Assembly (NCBI GenBank): GCA_949358305.1
Contig: OX442314.1
Location: forward strand, 22,134,001-22,198,000
Source: Strigamia acuminata
Lineage: Eukaryota
DNA length: 64,000 nucleotides
Direction of reading: 5' to 3'
Shown: positions 1 through 13,482 of the stretch, piece after piece
How the letters are laid out: the number at the start of each line of letters is the position of its first letter
Numbering within the stretch: the first letter of the stretch is position 1
Program-made: the position numbers and the translations under genes
Notes under the pieces: generated by a model
Told to the model about the DNA's origin: nothing
Databases searched by the model: none
The model's input: only the letters and a program-made list of their open reading frames with translations

Positions 1-1630
1 TTCAACATCATATTTTGAGTACAATTTCCCTACTTCCTACAATACGATCCCGCTGAAAAAAGCACGTGTAGGTTACTCGACACCACCATCGCACACGTGC
101 TCTCCACGAGCTCCTTTCGGGCACTGGAAGTACCTGGTGGCGTTTCCTGTCTTTTCTCTGACAGAGCGTGCCACCTCAAAGGGAAGATTCCAGTATGTGG
201 GTGGATTTGGCCAGATACGGCGCCACGTGCGAGTAGGATTAATGTTTTTTGGTTGGGACTTGCATGTCCGATTGTGTCACAGGTGTGTGGGTATCTATAG
301 GGGTTCGTTAAGGATTCCGTGAGGCTTTGGACATTTTTCTACAGAGGGATTAAGATAGCCCCACATGTGTGATCATCAAGTATGGACATGACTGGACAAG
401 AAATGTTTAATAAAGTTGACGTTTTAATTTTTTTTTATTTTTTAAAGATGTGGGTGAGAGATATTGCTATATGCATGTGTTTTGTGATATTATGAGTTAA
501 TAACTTGTCTGGAGCCCTAATGTCTGATTGCAGTGGGAACATCAAAGGGATTAGTGATTGATATGGGAAGACAGTCCAGCGCCCTGATGGCGTCGAGTTT
601 AGTACTTATTAGACGTCCTGCAACAACTATTCCTGGACGTGTTACACAATTTGAATAAATGTTTGTAGGGCGAAAAGCTGCGGAGATTGCATCTTGGATG
701 ATGGCGCCGAAATAAGTGTTAATTAAATAGATTTTGACGAAAGAAAAAATGTACAACGTTACATAAATAATGACGATAAAGTAAATAAAAATTTTTTTTA
801 TTGTAGAACTAGATGATGTCAATTTCAAGCTTGTTTTTAAAATGTCAAGGTGATTTGATTTAGCCGGAAAAATGTAACGCAGTTGTTGTGTTTCGTTGTC
901 TTGGAATGCAGAAATGTGTTTTGGTTTAGCCAGTTTACCGGGTTTACAGGGTTTACCTCACTTCGTTTGTCTTCCGAGTGTAGATAAATCAGATAAATGT
1001 TCTCCGCTCCCATAATTAGCTTGGGAAAAACATTGTTTTCGACTTTAATTAGAATCAGCTTTCAACGCGTTGATTTTCTTGGAAAATCTCGTGGTTAGGG
1101 TTAATCAATTAAATGAAAACAGGTGGGGGGAATAAGGAAGTGTAAACAATAGAAGTGGCCTATTTTCTCCAAAAGTCTCTCGGATTTTTCTTTAGTCTTT
1201 GAAATGATCAACTTGCACATTAACGGCATTAAAAAAGCGAATTATTTCGGTGGTCGCACATTGGGCGTGTGTGAGAAAATACTCGAAGGAAAATTCCTCA
1301 AGTGGACATACCAATTACGAGATAGGGAAAAAAAAAAGTTATGGGTTATTTTTGAAAGCTTTTGTGACCCATATTACTAAAAACACCCCCAAAAGTATTT
1401 CTAGGTTCCCGGGAAAAATAAAAATAAAAAATAAAAAATAAAAAATAATTCACATTTTCATTTATTTAAAAAAAAAAAAAAAAAAAAAAAATAGAAAAAA
1501 AAAAAATAACAAAAGAATTAAATTGTAAATGGAAAAGCTATAATTTAAAAAAAAATTAAATATACGGCAGACATGAGACATATACCACCCTCCCTCCCTC
1601 CCTCCCTCCCCGTTTTCGATTTCCACCCCC

Positions 1631-1760
1631 AACGCGAAAATTTTTAGTCCCGACCCTCCATTGAAGAAACCACCCAAATCGTAGAAGAGCGACTCCACAC
1701 GCAGCAAACGCATTCTTAAAGGCCCACGTGACTGTGTTTGTGCGCACTGCGCATGCGCGC
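1631..1760 (+). promoter_or_regulatory. Cyclin D proximal promoter motifs
   Basis: GC-richer patch about 360-490 nt upstream of the ATG. It contains an E2F-like site (CGCGAAAA, ~1633-1640), a CACGTG E-box (~1725) and an NRF1/Ewg-like TGCGCATGCGC (~1748-1758). Confidence 0.5.
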
Positions 1761-1879
1761 GCTCAAGAACCCTGTTGCATGCATTGAAAGAGTACCAGTG
1801 GCTAAGCCGAGCTTGACAAGCGAGGTTGGGTTCGAGCAGACGCCACTGACTGCTCTCCCTTCCTCCAATCTAATCCAGT

Positions 1880-1905
1880 ACACTCCACTCCACTCCACTC
1901 CACTC
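1880..1905. repeat. (CACTC)n pentanucleotide repeat in the cyclin D 5' region
   Basis: cactccactccactccactccactc read directly. Confidence 0.9.
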
Positions 1906-2119
1906 CTCCACCCCCGTCGAAGTAAGTCGGTGAACCCCCGGTTTCCCTCAAGCTGCAACTCGTGCCAAGTGACAGCCTGAAGACAAGAAGCCCGCACACT
2001 GCACTTGCGTCGGTTGCCTTGCCACCGACAACAAATAACATTTTTTCGCTCTTTTTTGGCTTGACAACAATTTTTTTGCTTCGATTGTGGCAAATGGTTT
2101 TGTAATTCATTCTCCGAAA

Positions 2120-5100
2120 ATGGCTCTCTACTGCTTGGAAAGGGACACGTTCAGAATGTTGCAGGCGTACAGGGACCCCGTACTCCTAGGGGACGAAAGG
2201 ATTTTGCAAAATCTTCTGCATTGCGAAGACAAATATGCAATTCGTTATATGTATTTCAAATGTGTGCAGAAGGACATTAAGGAATATATGAGGAAAATGG
2301 TTGCTATGTGGATGTTGGAGGTAAATTATTTATTTTTATTATTTATTTTTATTATTTATTTTTCGGACAAATTTTACATTAAATTGTGGTAATGATGAAT
2401 TTATTGTTGCAAAGGGGGTTTGCGAGCAATCATGTGTTGAAGCGGAGGTAAATAGAGAATTGGGCGCGCGTTTTTGAATGTCGGTTGAACGGTTTTTATC
2501 GGTTTAATTTGAAATGCGTCCAATTCGGCAGGAAATTTCGAATTTAAATATCAATTTCTACGGTAAAATGTTATTATTTACGCTATTTTTATAAATATAA
2601 TCGAGTTAAAACGATATAGCGCCACAAAATGGAGTCAATTTCCCCATTAGGCTTATAAATATGTAACGAATCACGTTAAACGACATTTAACAGCTTCTAG
2701 ATTAAACCATCTTTACACCATTTATCGTAACCATGGCAATGTAATTGGTCAATTTACTTCCCCTTCTTTTGACACGGTGCTGGTTCTTTGACCAATTTTC
2801 CCCTTCTTCACTTTACATTATAATTGCTCATTGGTCAATGGATGAGGGATGGGTGTATTTATAAGCTATTTTCCCATTATTATTTTTTTTTCTTCTCCAT
2901 GTGTGCAATTTGCAATATTTAAAATATTGGTCCCCTCCCCCCTCCCCCCAGTCGCAAAACAGGTTGCGACTTGCGACCCAAATGTGTGGGTGGATGCTGA
3001 AGGCATTTCATCTGCAAATGAAATGAAGAACACTATGTATAATGGTGTCATGACTCAGCCTCTCCTCTGCTTGGGTCAAATGAGGGTGGGAATTTCCTGT
3101 ATAGTGTCTGGTAGAAGCCACTACCCCAGCTCATCAGTTTTTCTTGGGTTGGGTTGGTCGAGCCGGGGTCAGTGGCTCAATTCTTGTGGTAATTTGTTTT
3201 GTTCGAGAAGGGGACACTAATTTAATGGGTTAAAGAAAAAAGTTTGCAAATTATGTGCGTATATGGAGAATAAATCAAAGTTTAAAATGCATAACTAGTT
3301 AATCCTGTTATTTTTACAGGAAATAACTCCGGGTTTTCCTTTTGCAAGAGATTATTGACAATTTGCAATTAAAAAAACAGGGAATTTTTTTTTTTTTTTT
3401 TTTTTTTTTATATTTAAAAATATTTTTACTAGAAAATATGATTGAGAGAATTTCTAAGAAGCTGATCTTGTGGTCACACAAACAGTCTCGATGTGATGTC
3501 ACACAGGAAGTGCGAAAAAAAATGTACCTGAAACTACATCCGGTTCTAAATAGTGGTGTGGTTAAAGGAATAAAAAAAAAAATGGATGTGTGTAGTGGAT
3601 AAAGACAGGAAATAGGGGTCACTCATGAAGAACTATCCTGTTGTCAAGAAATATGTGTTTTTTTCCTTGTCTTCCTTCTTGAATTGTTGAATATTGCATT
3701 TATTGTTATTGATGACACGTTTATATTAAAAGGGGAGAAAAGAAAAGTAATTAATTGAAATTTATCTTTTTGTTTTCTAGATTTGTGAAGAACAGAGGTG
3801 CCAATCTGAAGTATTTCCTTTAGCAATGAATTACATGGACAGATTTCTATCAGTTGTAAGGCTACAGAAAAGCCAACTCCAACTCCTCGGTGCTGTCTGC
3901 TTGTTTTTATCGTCGAAATTGAAAGAAACGAGACCGCTGTCTGCCGAACAACTATGCATGTACACAGACAATTCCATATCACTCAGCGAACTTCAGGTAA
4001 ATGAAATTTGTGTGTGATTTGTACAAGTTGAGTGGACCTGTTTGTCCGACCGATTTTACGAGCCCGAGTCCATCAGGGGGTAGGGTTTGGCGAGGTGTAG
4101 ATGTCAATGGCCATTTTCACACTCTTGAATGAGAACGGGTGTTTTTCCTGTAAAGCAACAAGCAGTTTGTTGGGCAAAAAGTAGAGAGAAGTGTGTGATG
4201 GAGGAATGTGTGGCTTAGCCTTGGGCTGGGCATGAAAGCGGCATACCAGCTTTGATGAGAGAAAAACCTGCACAATATACAAGGTTAAGTGCTGCGAGGC
4301 ACTGCAAGGTGGGGTATTGTCTCTTGTCAGAGGGGAACTTTGTATTTGGCAAGTCTTGAATCTTGTCTTGATTAGAGATAAGCACTTGTGATATCGCACT
4401 CATTTCTTTAATATCAAAAAATAAGTCGCTTCTGATGTTTTTACAAAGAGATTGGTCGGCTCTTTGAAATTTTGGAGCGATAAATGTACATTTTTAGCAA
4501 ATTAGCAATTTTGTGAGTTGTGGGCTGTCAAATTGTCGGATTAACTGTCTAATTAGGCGGTTGATTTACGGTTTTTGATGAATTTGGGGTTAAAATTTGT
4601 TTCGGGGCATTAGGGGTATAAAAAATCTAAAGTTTGATTTGGAAATTCAAAAATATAAGCGGAATGTGGTATTCCTTGTAGGCCCAAGTTGAAGGTGAAG
4701 ATACCTGCTCAAGGTTTCTACCAGTCAAGGTTGCACTTGATTAGTAAAGAGAGGGACCGCATCTTTTTAATAATTTGAAAAGGAAAAGAAAAAAAAATTG
4801 AAAAAAAAGAAAAAGAAAAATAAATGAAAAAGTTGGGAAAAAATATGTGGAATTTCTCTTTTCACCACTATTCATAACGGCATTCCTGTAATAATGAGCT
4901 GTGGGAACTGGGAATATCGCCCTTTAAAAAAAAAGTGTCCACAAAAACAGGTCTATTGCACTTCATTCATAACAACACACCTGTGAATGAGCATTGTTTA
5001 CACGCGTTAGGTAAACAGCGAGAGTTTTATCGAAGTTTGGATACTCGCAAATAGTTTAATTTGCATGTTTAACCTGCTTTAAACAGGAATGGGATACTAA

Positions 5101-8100
5101 GCTTGAGGGGTGGATTTTGGAGGAGGTGGTTCGCGAGATGAAGTATACATACCTCCAATGTCAGGGGTAAAGGTAAGGGGTCATCATCTCCCACCCCTCT
5201 TTCCCACAGGAAATGGCGCCTAAATTATAGGAATGTGATGTTTCATTGAGTTCCACTTTTTCTATGGGTTTGCGTGTGTTGAGATTTTCTTTGCTAGTTA
5301 ATAGGTTGAGGTTCAAATAGTAGGTTATCACACATCAATTTGAACTCATTTATGGGTGTGATGGAAGAAAATTATTAGCCAATTGAAGTGTGATATAAAA
5401 TTATTTTTATTTTCTTATTCTTGTTATTTCTTGCGGTATTTACAAGTGAGAAGATGATTACAGTTTGGATTGAAATTGATTTTTTTTTCTTCTTCATGCT
5501 CGCCTCGGATCGTTGGGGGGAGGTGAAAAAATTTAAAAAAATAAAAATTTGATGAGGTTGTTGCAAGGAGAAATAGAATTTCTTTTATTTATGGTATGAG
5601 TGCAATTCAATGCTAAGTTAGAGGCTTGGCTTGAGATTGAGATGGTTCTGCGAAGTGCGTAAATATTTCATTGCGCAGACCAGACTTAATAAAAATCTAA
5701 ACATTTGTGTCGGCTTACCGAGTATTGTGTAATTATATTATATTACCCAACTTTAAAAATGTAAATCCACCTAGACAAAACCTTTAAAATAAAAAAGAAG
5801 ACTTTTTTTTAAAATATATTTTTTATATTTTTTTATTTTTTAGGCGTGGGAGCTGCTTGTGCTAAACAAACTTAAATGGGACCTATCAGCCATTACCGCT
5901 TACGACTTTCTGGACCACATTTTACTTAGGATGCCACACATCAAAGAAAATGAAATGATAAGGAGTCATGCTCAGACATTCATCACATTATGTGCCACCG
6001 GTAAGCTTCGTATAATTAACCTTAAGCTCACCTAACTGTACTTCCTTCAAGGAGAAAAAGCAGGTGGAATTAAATAGGTGTAGTTCACTGGGCCAAGAGC
6101 ATCTGTTTTATGCCCATTTTTTTCGTTTAAATAACCCTTTCACTTACGCTTCCTTCGTTTAAAAAAAACGTTTTTTGGTCATGGTCACCGTTTGCAGTGC
6201 AGTTAGATGCTAATTTATACGGTACCTGGGATCTTCCAGATGCCATCTAAGTAAAAACTTAATTGATGTGTGTAATTATGATTCCAACAGTGAACCTGAC
6301 ATTGCCTGAACTAATGAAGTCCTTCTCATCCTGTATATACACCCCTCTCCCTCTCTTTATAAGAAAAAAATGTATATACAGGGGGGAAAAGTTGGAAATA
6401 ATTTCAAAGTGTTTATTTTTCACTTACTTTGCACTAGTGTACGAGAAAATAGCACATCTTGGACAGGTAGTTTGAAGGAAATCACAGGATGTTCATCCTG
6501 TTAGTCAAAGACGTGGATGAAAGGGAAAATAATTCGAGTTACTGAGTATTAAATTGTTTTTTAGGGATGTGAAAGGAAGTGTATTTCACCTGCCACAAGA
6601 TGATTTTGTTTTTTTTGTTGTTTTTTTTAAAGGAAACAATTTGTGCAGTTAGTTTGTGTGACATCGTCAATGTCATGCACTTGGCTCGTTATGCTTTGTT
6701 GACTTCCCACCGCAGCTATGGTTAGAGTTAATGTATAGCATATTTGGGGTATTTGGGTGTGTTCTGTATGTGTGGGAGTATTGCTGATTAATCGCTCTTT
6801 GCCAGATGGTTGAAGATGGGTGGAGGGAAGAAATTCCCAAGATTTAACCAACCATCAAACACATGTCTGTAGACACACTTGTTACTTGCAATTCTTTGAG
6901 GGACCGACAATTTGATAAATTATTTAAACATTTTCAAAGGAATGGAAATTTTTACTACATTTGTTGCGCTTTGTGTGGCGGACGCATCGGCGGTAGCCAT
7001 TCACGTAGTGCTTTATAGGTTGGGAATAATGGCGTTTCTTTGGTGAGTATTTAGGTGGGTGATGGGAGTTTTCGATCGGTGTTAGGACCACTTGCCGCCT
7101 TGTTTGAATCATAGAGTATAACCACGCCTTCGTGCATTCCACGCTTTGAATTTGGTGACATACGATCGGTGTAGCAAAAAGGTTTCTTTCTAGTTTGCTA
7201 CTGCTTCGCTTTTCATTCATAAAGGGAGTAACCCCCGTGGAAAAAAAAAATTAAAAAAGGGATAAGAATTTTATACAATCAGTGCCTTTTCTCCCTCCAC
7301 TGTTTGGCAGACATTGCAGAGTGAAAGTCCACGTCTGCAAAGATGTGAAAAGCGGTTGGGCATTGCTGTTGCAGTCGATGTGTTGAAAGCGGGTGTGTTT
7401 GTGTACTGATTATTTTGATGACAGAATTTGTGAATTTGTCAATATGTTGGACTGGCGCGCATGTTCAGCATCAAGGAAAGCCATAACAGTTTCTAGGGGA
7501 TGGTGTTCATTTATTTTTCGTTTGAGTTATTGACCATGTTGGGTGGGGAAGGGGACATGTCGAAGGAAGGAAGTTCTTATGGGGAGAGGCAGTCGGGATG
7601 TTAGTGATTAGATAAAGGGGAAATGTTGGAAATTGTTAAAAATATGCTTATTTTTATTGAGGAAGCGTCAAGTTAAGATTTTGAATGAGTTGATTTAAAT
7701 TCTTTTTTTTCCTTTTTTCCTTCTTTTTTTCTTTCGTGTTTCGATTTGTGAATGAATATTTATTGACAAAACGGGGTCCGAAACTTGAAACTGATCAGTT
7801 TTGCGTGAGGTCTGTGGACTTTGATATTTGGTTTCAACTTTTCTTGAGTTGAGTGTCCTGTATCTTTGAAGTTCCGTTCGTGTGAAGCAGAGCAATCAAC
7901 TTGAATTCGCGAGAAGGAAATGAAGTCTGAGACTCGTTGAGGAAGTGTGACCGACACCTAAACTTAAGTCTATAGCACACAATTACAGCCTCGTTTTTTG
8001 TCCCAGCCAGCACGAAAATAAAAGGAAAAATATCTCTCCTCTTGTTTGTGGTGAAAACATCAGAGCAAACACGCAGTTTTATGAGGCGTGGGTGCGATCC

Positions 8101-11100
8101 TCTGAATGGGCAGAGCAAGGAAGTGGGGGTCAATGAAGGAGGAGTGCTTAACCGTTTCCTGTGTCTCTTTTTGGGCGACAAAGAGTGCTAGTGTTGTTTA
8201 ATGGAGAAGAACGTTTGATCGTTTGGTTCTCATCGCGATTTTTAAGAATGAATTTCATGAAAGCTGCAGCGCTGCATTCCTTGAACCTGTTCAGCGTTCA
8301 CCACACCATTCTCTAACCTGCCGTGTGAACGGCTGCCTGCTTTGAAAAGCAGTAGTGAATGAACCACACTTGTGCATTCCTCTGGAATGCGGCAACTTTA
8401 TGCCCAACATTGTCGAGCTCTGTCTGCTTTTTGTATTGAATGCGAGGGACCAAACATTAGTCCATAATACACCACTGGGAAAAAGCCAGTTGCACTGTGG
8501 ATGACAGGAAAAAATGCTAATGAGTTGATATGCTGGTGATTCCCTTGGGGAAAAAGGAATAATCAAAGAGTGGAATTGGAAATTCACATTTTGAGTGGGG
8601 GAAAGGAAAATGTCGTTGGAAACAAGTTGGCAGCGAATTGTTTAGGTAAAATTACATGGGAGAAAATTAAATCATTATTAATGGTCACATATGATCCCTG
8701 CGAGTGTTTTTATGTGCAAACAAAATAGGATAACAAGGTAACTTGGCTGGTGGTTGTTATTTTGATGGGCTGCTGCTTGTTTATTTTGATTTTTACTCAG
8801 CTGTAAAACAAGTTCATTGCCTTAAATGGACTTTGACACGACCACTCATGCCAAGGATGTCGCACATGTTAATTTCTACGAGTATAATTGTTCAAATTAC
8901 TTGCGGTGCTATTTAGGATCAGAAATGACGTCAGTTTGCTGCTAGTGGTGGGTGGCAAACTTAAACACAAACCACTTGTCTTTTATTTCTTATCTCTATG
9001 TAAACACGCAAAAGTTGAGTTGACTCTGTCTAAAATTCATGGTCATGGATTTCTCTTTTTGTTTATGTTTTGAGCATCATGTTTTGAGCATCTCTTCTGG
9101 GCAATGATGTCACCTAATTTCCGATTTTTAAACGGGTGGAGACGGGAATTGTTTGGTTTGTACTTTGTAGTAACAATTTTGAGCCCATTCAACATTGGAA
9201 TTTGGGTTTTTGCCAAATGATATGAAGAAAAAAGGTGAATGCACTAAATTGCTAATATTATTGATGACTTTGAGATGAGACTTTTTTTTTTAAGGTTCAA
9301 TAATCTTTGTGTACACATTTCTGGAGGTAAAAAGTTGTTTTTGAACAAAAATACCGGTATGTTGAGTATTGCAGTAGTTGCTCTTTAAATTGATTGGCCA
9401 GACAAAACAGGGTCAAGAATGATGTCTAAGAAGCAAATGATTGTGCAATGAATCATCATAACTGAATTGTGAGTCTTATGGAGCCATACTAGACAGAGAC
9501 TGGCTGGTGTTGTCAAATAAGAAACAAAAAAATATTTTTAAATACAAGAAAAAAAACAGTACAGGGTCATGGAAAGCCAGATAGGGTTGATCATTGACTG
9601 TTCAGGAGGCCAGGCCCATCCGGTGGAAGTTGTCCTTGGAAATAAAAAGAGAGACAGAGAGAGAGAGAGAGACCGATAATTATTGTCATTATGGTTATGA
9701 ATTTTAGAGTAGGCTTATTATTGGGCCATTGTTTTGTTGTTGTTAGTGGGATTCGCGATGAAAGAAGAGGGTTTTAGAGAGATGGTGTGGGTTTGTAAGA
9801 CGTGTCGAGTTTCCTATGCACTGTTGGTCTTTTCTTGTCAGAAAAATATAATAATGTTCTAAGAAAGGGACTTGTTAGGTTTTGATTTTAGATCAAGATA
9901 AGGAAAAAGTGGGGGGGTTTTCACTTGAACGAACGTGAGAAGTTGGGAAATGACAAAAGATGTTTAGGTTAATCTTGTGGAAACAGGAGAAAGAGGTTTT
10001 GGTCAATCGGATCCTTTTGGGAATGTCCACAGACAGGGTCATTGCCATTGTCAAGAAATAAACACTTAGTGTATTTTCTTTCTCGTTTCTTTCGCCATTT
10101 AAAAAGCAGCAAAATAAGAGACAAGAAACAGATTGTGTCCTTGGCATTTGCAGGAATTGGCAAACACCCAAACGAAATCAAAATCCTTCAATCAGTGCAC
10201 CGACCTCCTATATATAAGCACTTTATGCTACCCTTGTTTTATCTGCGAATCCCTCTGTGGTGTGCATTTAGTACCTGCCAATTGGCCTAAAAACCTAGTT
10301 TGGCAAAGGGCCAATAAGTAAAAGTCTTCAAGGGCATTTCTAAGGACCAGTAAATCTTGCGAGTGTGTGAAATGTGTGAATGGATAAATAACACTTTGGA
10401 CTTAAACGCAGGAAGAAAATAAAAAAGAAAGAAAGAGAAAAAAGAAATGTCTTTTTAAAATGTTTGCGTTAACTTAACCATTAGACATTTATTTATTTAT
10501 TTAACGTTGGTCTCGGCATGAGTAAATGCTACTTAGCATGCAAAAAGCGTCGTGAAGCGTGAGATTATTTTTTTTTTTGACATGAAAGGATCGTTTTTAA
10601 GAGGTCATTCGTCTGTCGCTACCAGACGGGGTCTGATCTCGGGAGTATCAAGAAGACCTTGGCATTGTCTTGTGGTGTGATAGGTTATGTAAGATGGAAT
10701 TAGTTGCACGTGTCTACTTTTGGCAATGACCCCTTTAGGTCTTGGGAAAAAGTTTTCCACTTTTATTAACGAGTGGGAAGGAAAAAAACAGTGTAGGTTT
10801 ACTTTGATTTCCAAGAGAAATGCAATTGAAAGATAAATATGGACGTGTTGGTATTTGAGTTTGGGTGCCATAAACATTTGTGCGCATGCTGAAACTGATC
10901 AATTTTCTTCGCACCTTTAAGATTTCTTGTTAGGCGTCCTTGAAGGCTGCCCAAGTAATTTACAGTGATTTTTGGGTGAAGAGATAAATAAATTAAAGAA
11001 AAAATGGCCGGACCGACTTCACACGTGAGAATTACCCACCTGTCAGAGGTGAAGCATCAGCGGTACTGTTTGATCCGCAAGAAAGGTTGTTTGGGGGGAG

Positions 11101-13482
11101 AAAGGCAGGTTGGAAAAGGGATTCCCTTCAGATTCCACACCCCTGGAATTCCACCTGTTTCTGGCCTCGGGCAGGGCGTGACGAGTGGGTGGTCACAAAT
11201 GATCATAACATGAGTTGCCTGATTTAAAAAAAAAGAAAAAAAAATGCAATTTAGTATAATAAGATATTTGCAGGTATAAATCTAAAAAGCAATGTGCACT
11301 TGATTGCGTTTTATTTATCTTTTGTAAAGCTTGTTTACAATTTTCCATTTTTTTCTGAAAGAAGGGCGATGATTTATCATTTAATCTTTATGATTGGTGA
11401 TTTGGAATAGTTCTTTTAGATGTTTCGCCGCACTCATGGAGGGAGATGTGCAATCTTTACTGACCCCCTGTAGCATGAACTACCCTAAACATCTATCTTT
11501 TCCACCCCGCTGTTTTTCTTGGCTCGGCCGAGGGTTGGACACTGCGACCTCCCGATGAGTGTCAGAGTTTGTTGAATTAGCTTCTGAATTGTGTGTTTAA
11601 AAAAAAAATCAATCTTGTAAATGGGGTATTTACATACAAGTAGTGTCCTTGCAAATCACTACAGGACATCATGCGGAGAAAATCGAGATTTCGGTGCATG
11701 TTATGCAATAAATTGTAGCGAGAGGGAATTTTCGTGCAAGAAATTCGATTGCAAATGCGAAGGGAGAAGGTTAAAAACAGATTGGCTTTTAAATCCCCCA
11801 CCCCCAGCCAACCCTCGTCTTTTCTTTCACCCATTGTATTAAAGCTGTCAATGGTACAAGGTCGAAAAGCCACTGACCACTGTGACTCAAGTGGAATTTT
11901 AACCTCTAATGACCATTCATAAAATAAACAAAAGAGAGAGTGTAAATCTGTTGGGCAGGAATTGATGTTTTGTTCGAAATTTGTGTTTTTGCAGAGTTCA
12001 AATTCTCCATGAGTCCTCCGTCGATGATCGCCGCTGCCAGCATCGGCGCGGCCGTCCGTGGACTTACGTTATCCAATCAAAGATGGTCGTCCATGAGGGA
12101 TTTGCTACTGCAACTGCATTCCATCACCGGTATTGATGTGGTAAGAATAACTTTTCCTTTTTTTCCTAGCCTACTAAACAACAATTTCCGTTCTAACACT
12201 GTTTTTGCCACTTCCTCCGACCTCCCAAGGGAATCCATTGGAAGGCCCTAAAACATGAAAACTGTTTTAAGAGGACTCGCTCATCTGTTAGAATCGCCCT
12301 CCTCCCGTACCCCCTCCTGGTACTTGCACCCCATGCACTTTTTGTTGCTATCTAAGTGTCAGGAATTCGCACATCTTTAATCGCTTCGACAAGATGTTTG
12401 ATCTTTTGACAAATGAAGTGAACTGACCGTCCATATCCATAGGAATGAAAATCACCAATTTAGCTCAATATTTTGATAAGAATTAATCAAGAAAAGCATT
12501 TTATACAATGCAATTTAAAATAAATAAATAGAAAAAATTGTAAAAATGTGAAAGTAACAAGATTTAAGAAAGACAGTTTTGGGATGGGATGGAACCCGTC
12601 TTGGCATTAGCGGTTCCTTGAGGAGGGAGCTGTTTGTCACGGGTCAGGCCAACGATCCCCCACCGACTGCCGACTTTTCCCAAGCATTCCTGAGCGCTGG
12701 CCAGTCATTCATGAAATAGAAGAGAGCCCCTTAGGCTGCCTTCTCTATTTGACCCACCCTTCCCTCCTCATCGCCCTCCCCTCATCTATTTCCAACCTCC
12801 CTCATCCCTGCCCCTTCAAGGCCAAACTCATTGGAATTGACGCTACAAGATCCTACAATTAATTGCCCCTTTTTCTCTTTTGTTTGACATTGTACGCAGG
12901 CTTTATTTGCGATGTAGTAATGCATTGCTTCAAATGAGTGCATTGAGCATTGACCATCACGTTTGATTGGTCGCCGTCGCCGGTCGCCGGCAAGAAAGTC
13001 TCTCTCTTTTTTGTGCCTCGCGTTCCGACAGGATGTAAGACAGTCTTTTTCCTGTTGAGAGAGAGAGGCCCCTCTTGAAATTCTATCCTTGGACCATGGT
13101 TTGGAGCTGGGGAGGTCTTGAGGATGTTGTGGGTTCAGTTCTTGTGAAGAAGCCATTAACAAGTGAATGTTAGTTGTTTGCAACAGTTGACATTTTTCTC
13201 TTTTATTTCGAATGGCAAAACCAGTTGGGCGAAATTAGCATTGCAAAAGCATTGTTTACTAATGTTTTTATTTATTTTTGTATTGTTTTCTCGTTGCAGG
13301 ACTGTTTGAGGGAGTGTTTAGAACAAATAGAAGAAATGGTAAACACAAGTTTGGATAAAACTTCGCCAGCGCTGTTACCAACATCTGCACCCAACTCTTC
13401 GGTTACAGCCAAAGTGGTGAAAGGAGATGCTGATCATTATAAATCTGAAACACCCACAGATGTGAGAGACATCCATTTTTGA
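2120..13482 (+). CDS. CycD: G1/S-specific cyclin D, 5 exons, 300 aa
   Basis: Exons 2120-2320, 3781-3996, 5844-6000, 11995-12140 and 13300-13482 are joined by GT-AG introns and are phase-compatible (903 nt). The protein has an N-terminal LxCxE (MALYCLE), a cyclin box ([16 protein letters not shown]...MNYMDRFLS...[17 protein letters not shown]), [22 protein letters not shown] and the C-terminal TPTDV phosphodegron. Confidence 0.97.
9646..9672. repeat. (GA)n microsatellite in cyclin D intron 3
   Basis: Imperfect run agagagacagagagagagagaga. Confidence 0.85.

Noticed and set aside
2..322. Open frame at the window start
   Set aside because: No recognisable homology or splice context. The region is rich in CACGTG E-boxes and looks regulatory.
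2849..13183. Many 60-130 aa ORFs in the cyclin D introns
   Set aside because: Low-complexity or homopolymer-driven translations with no domains and often non-ATG starts; expected by chance.
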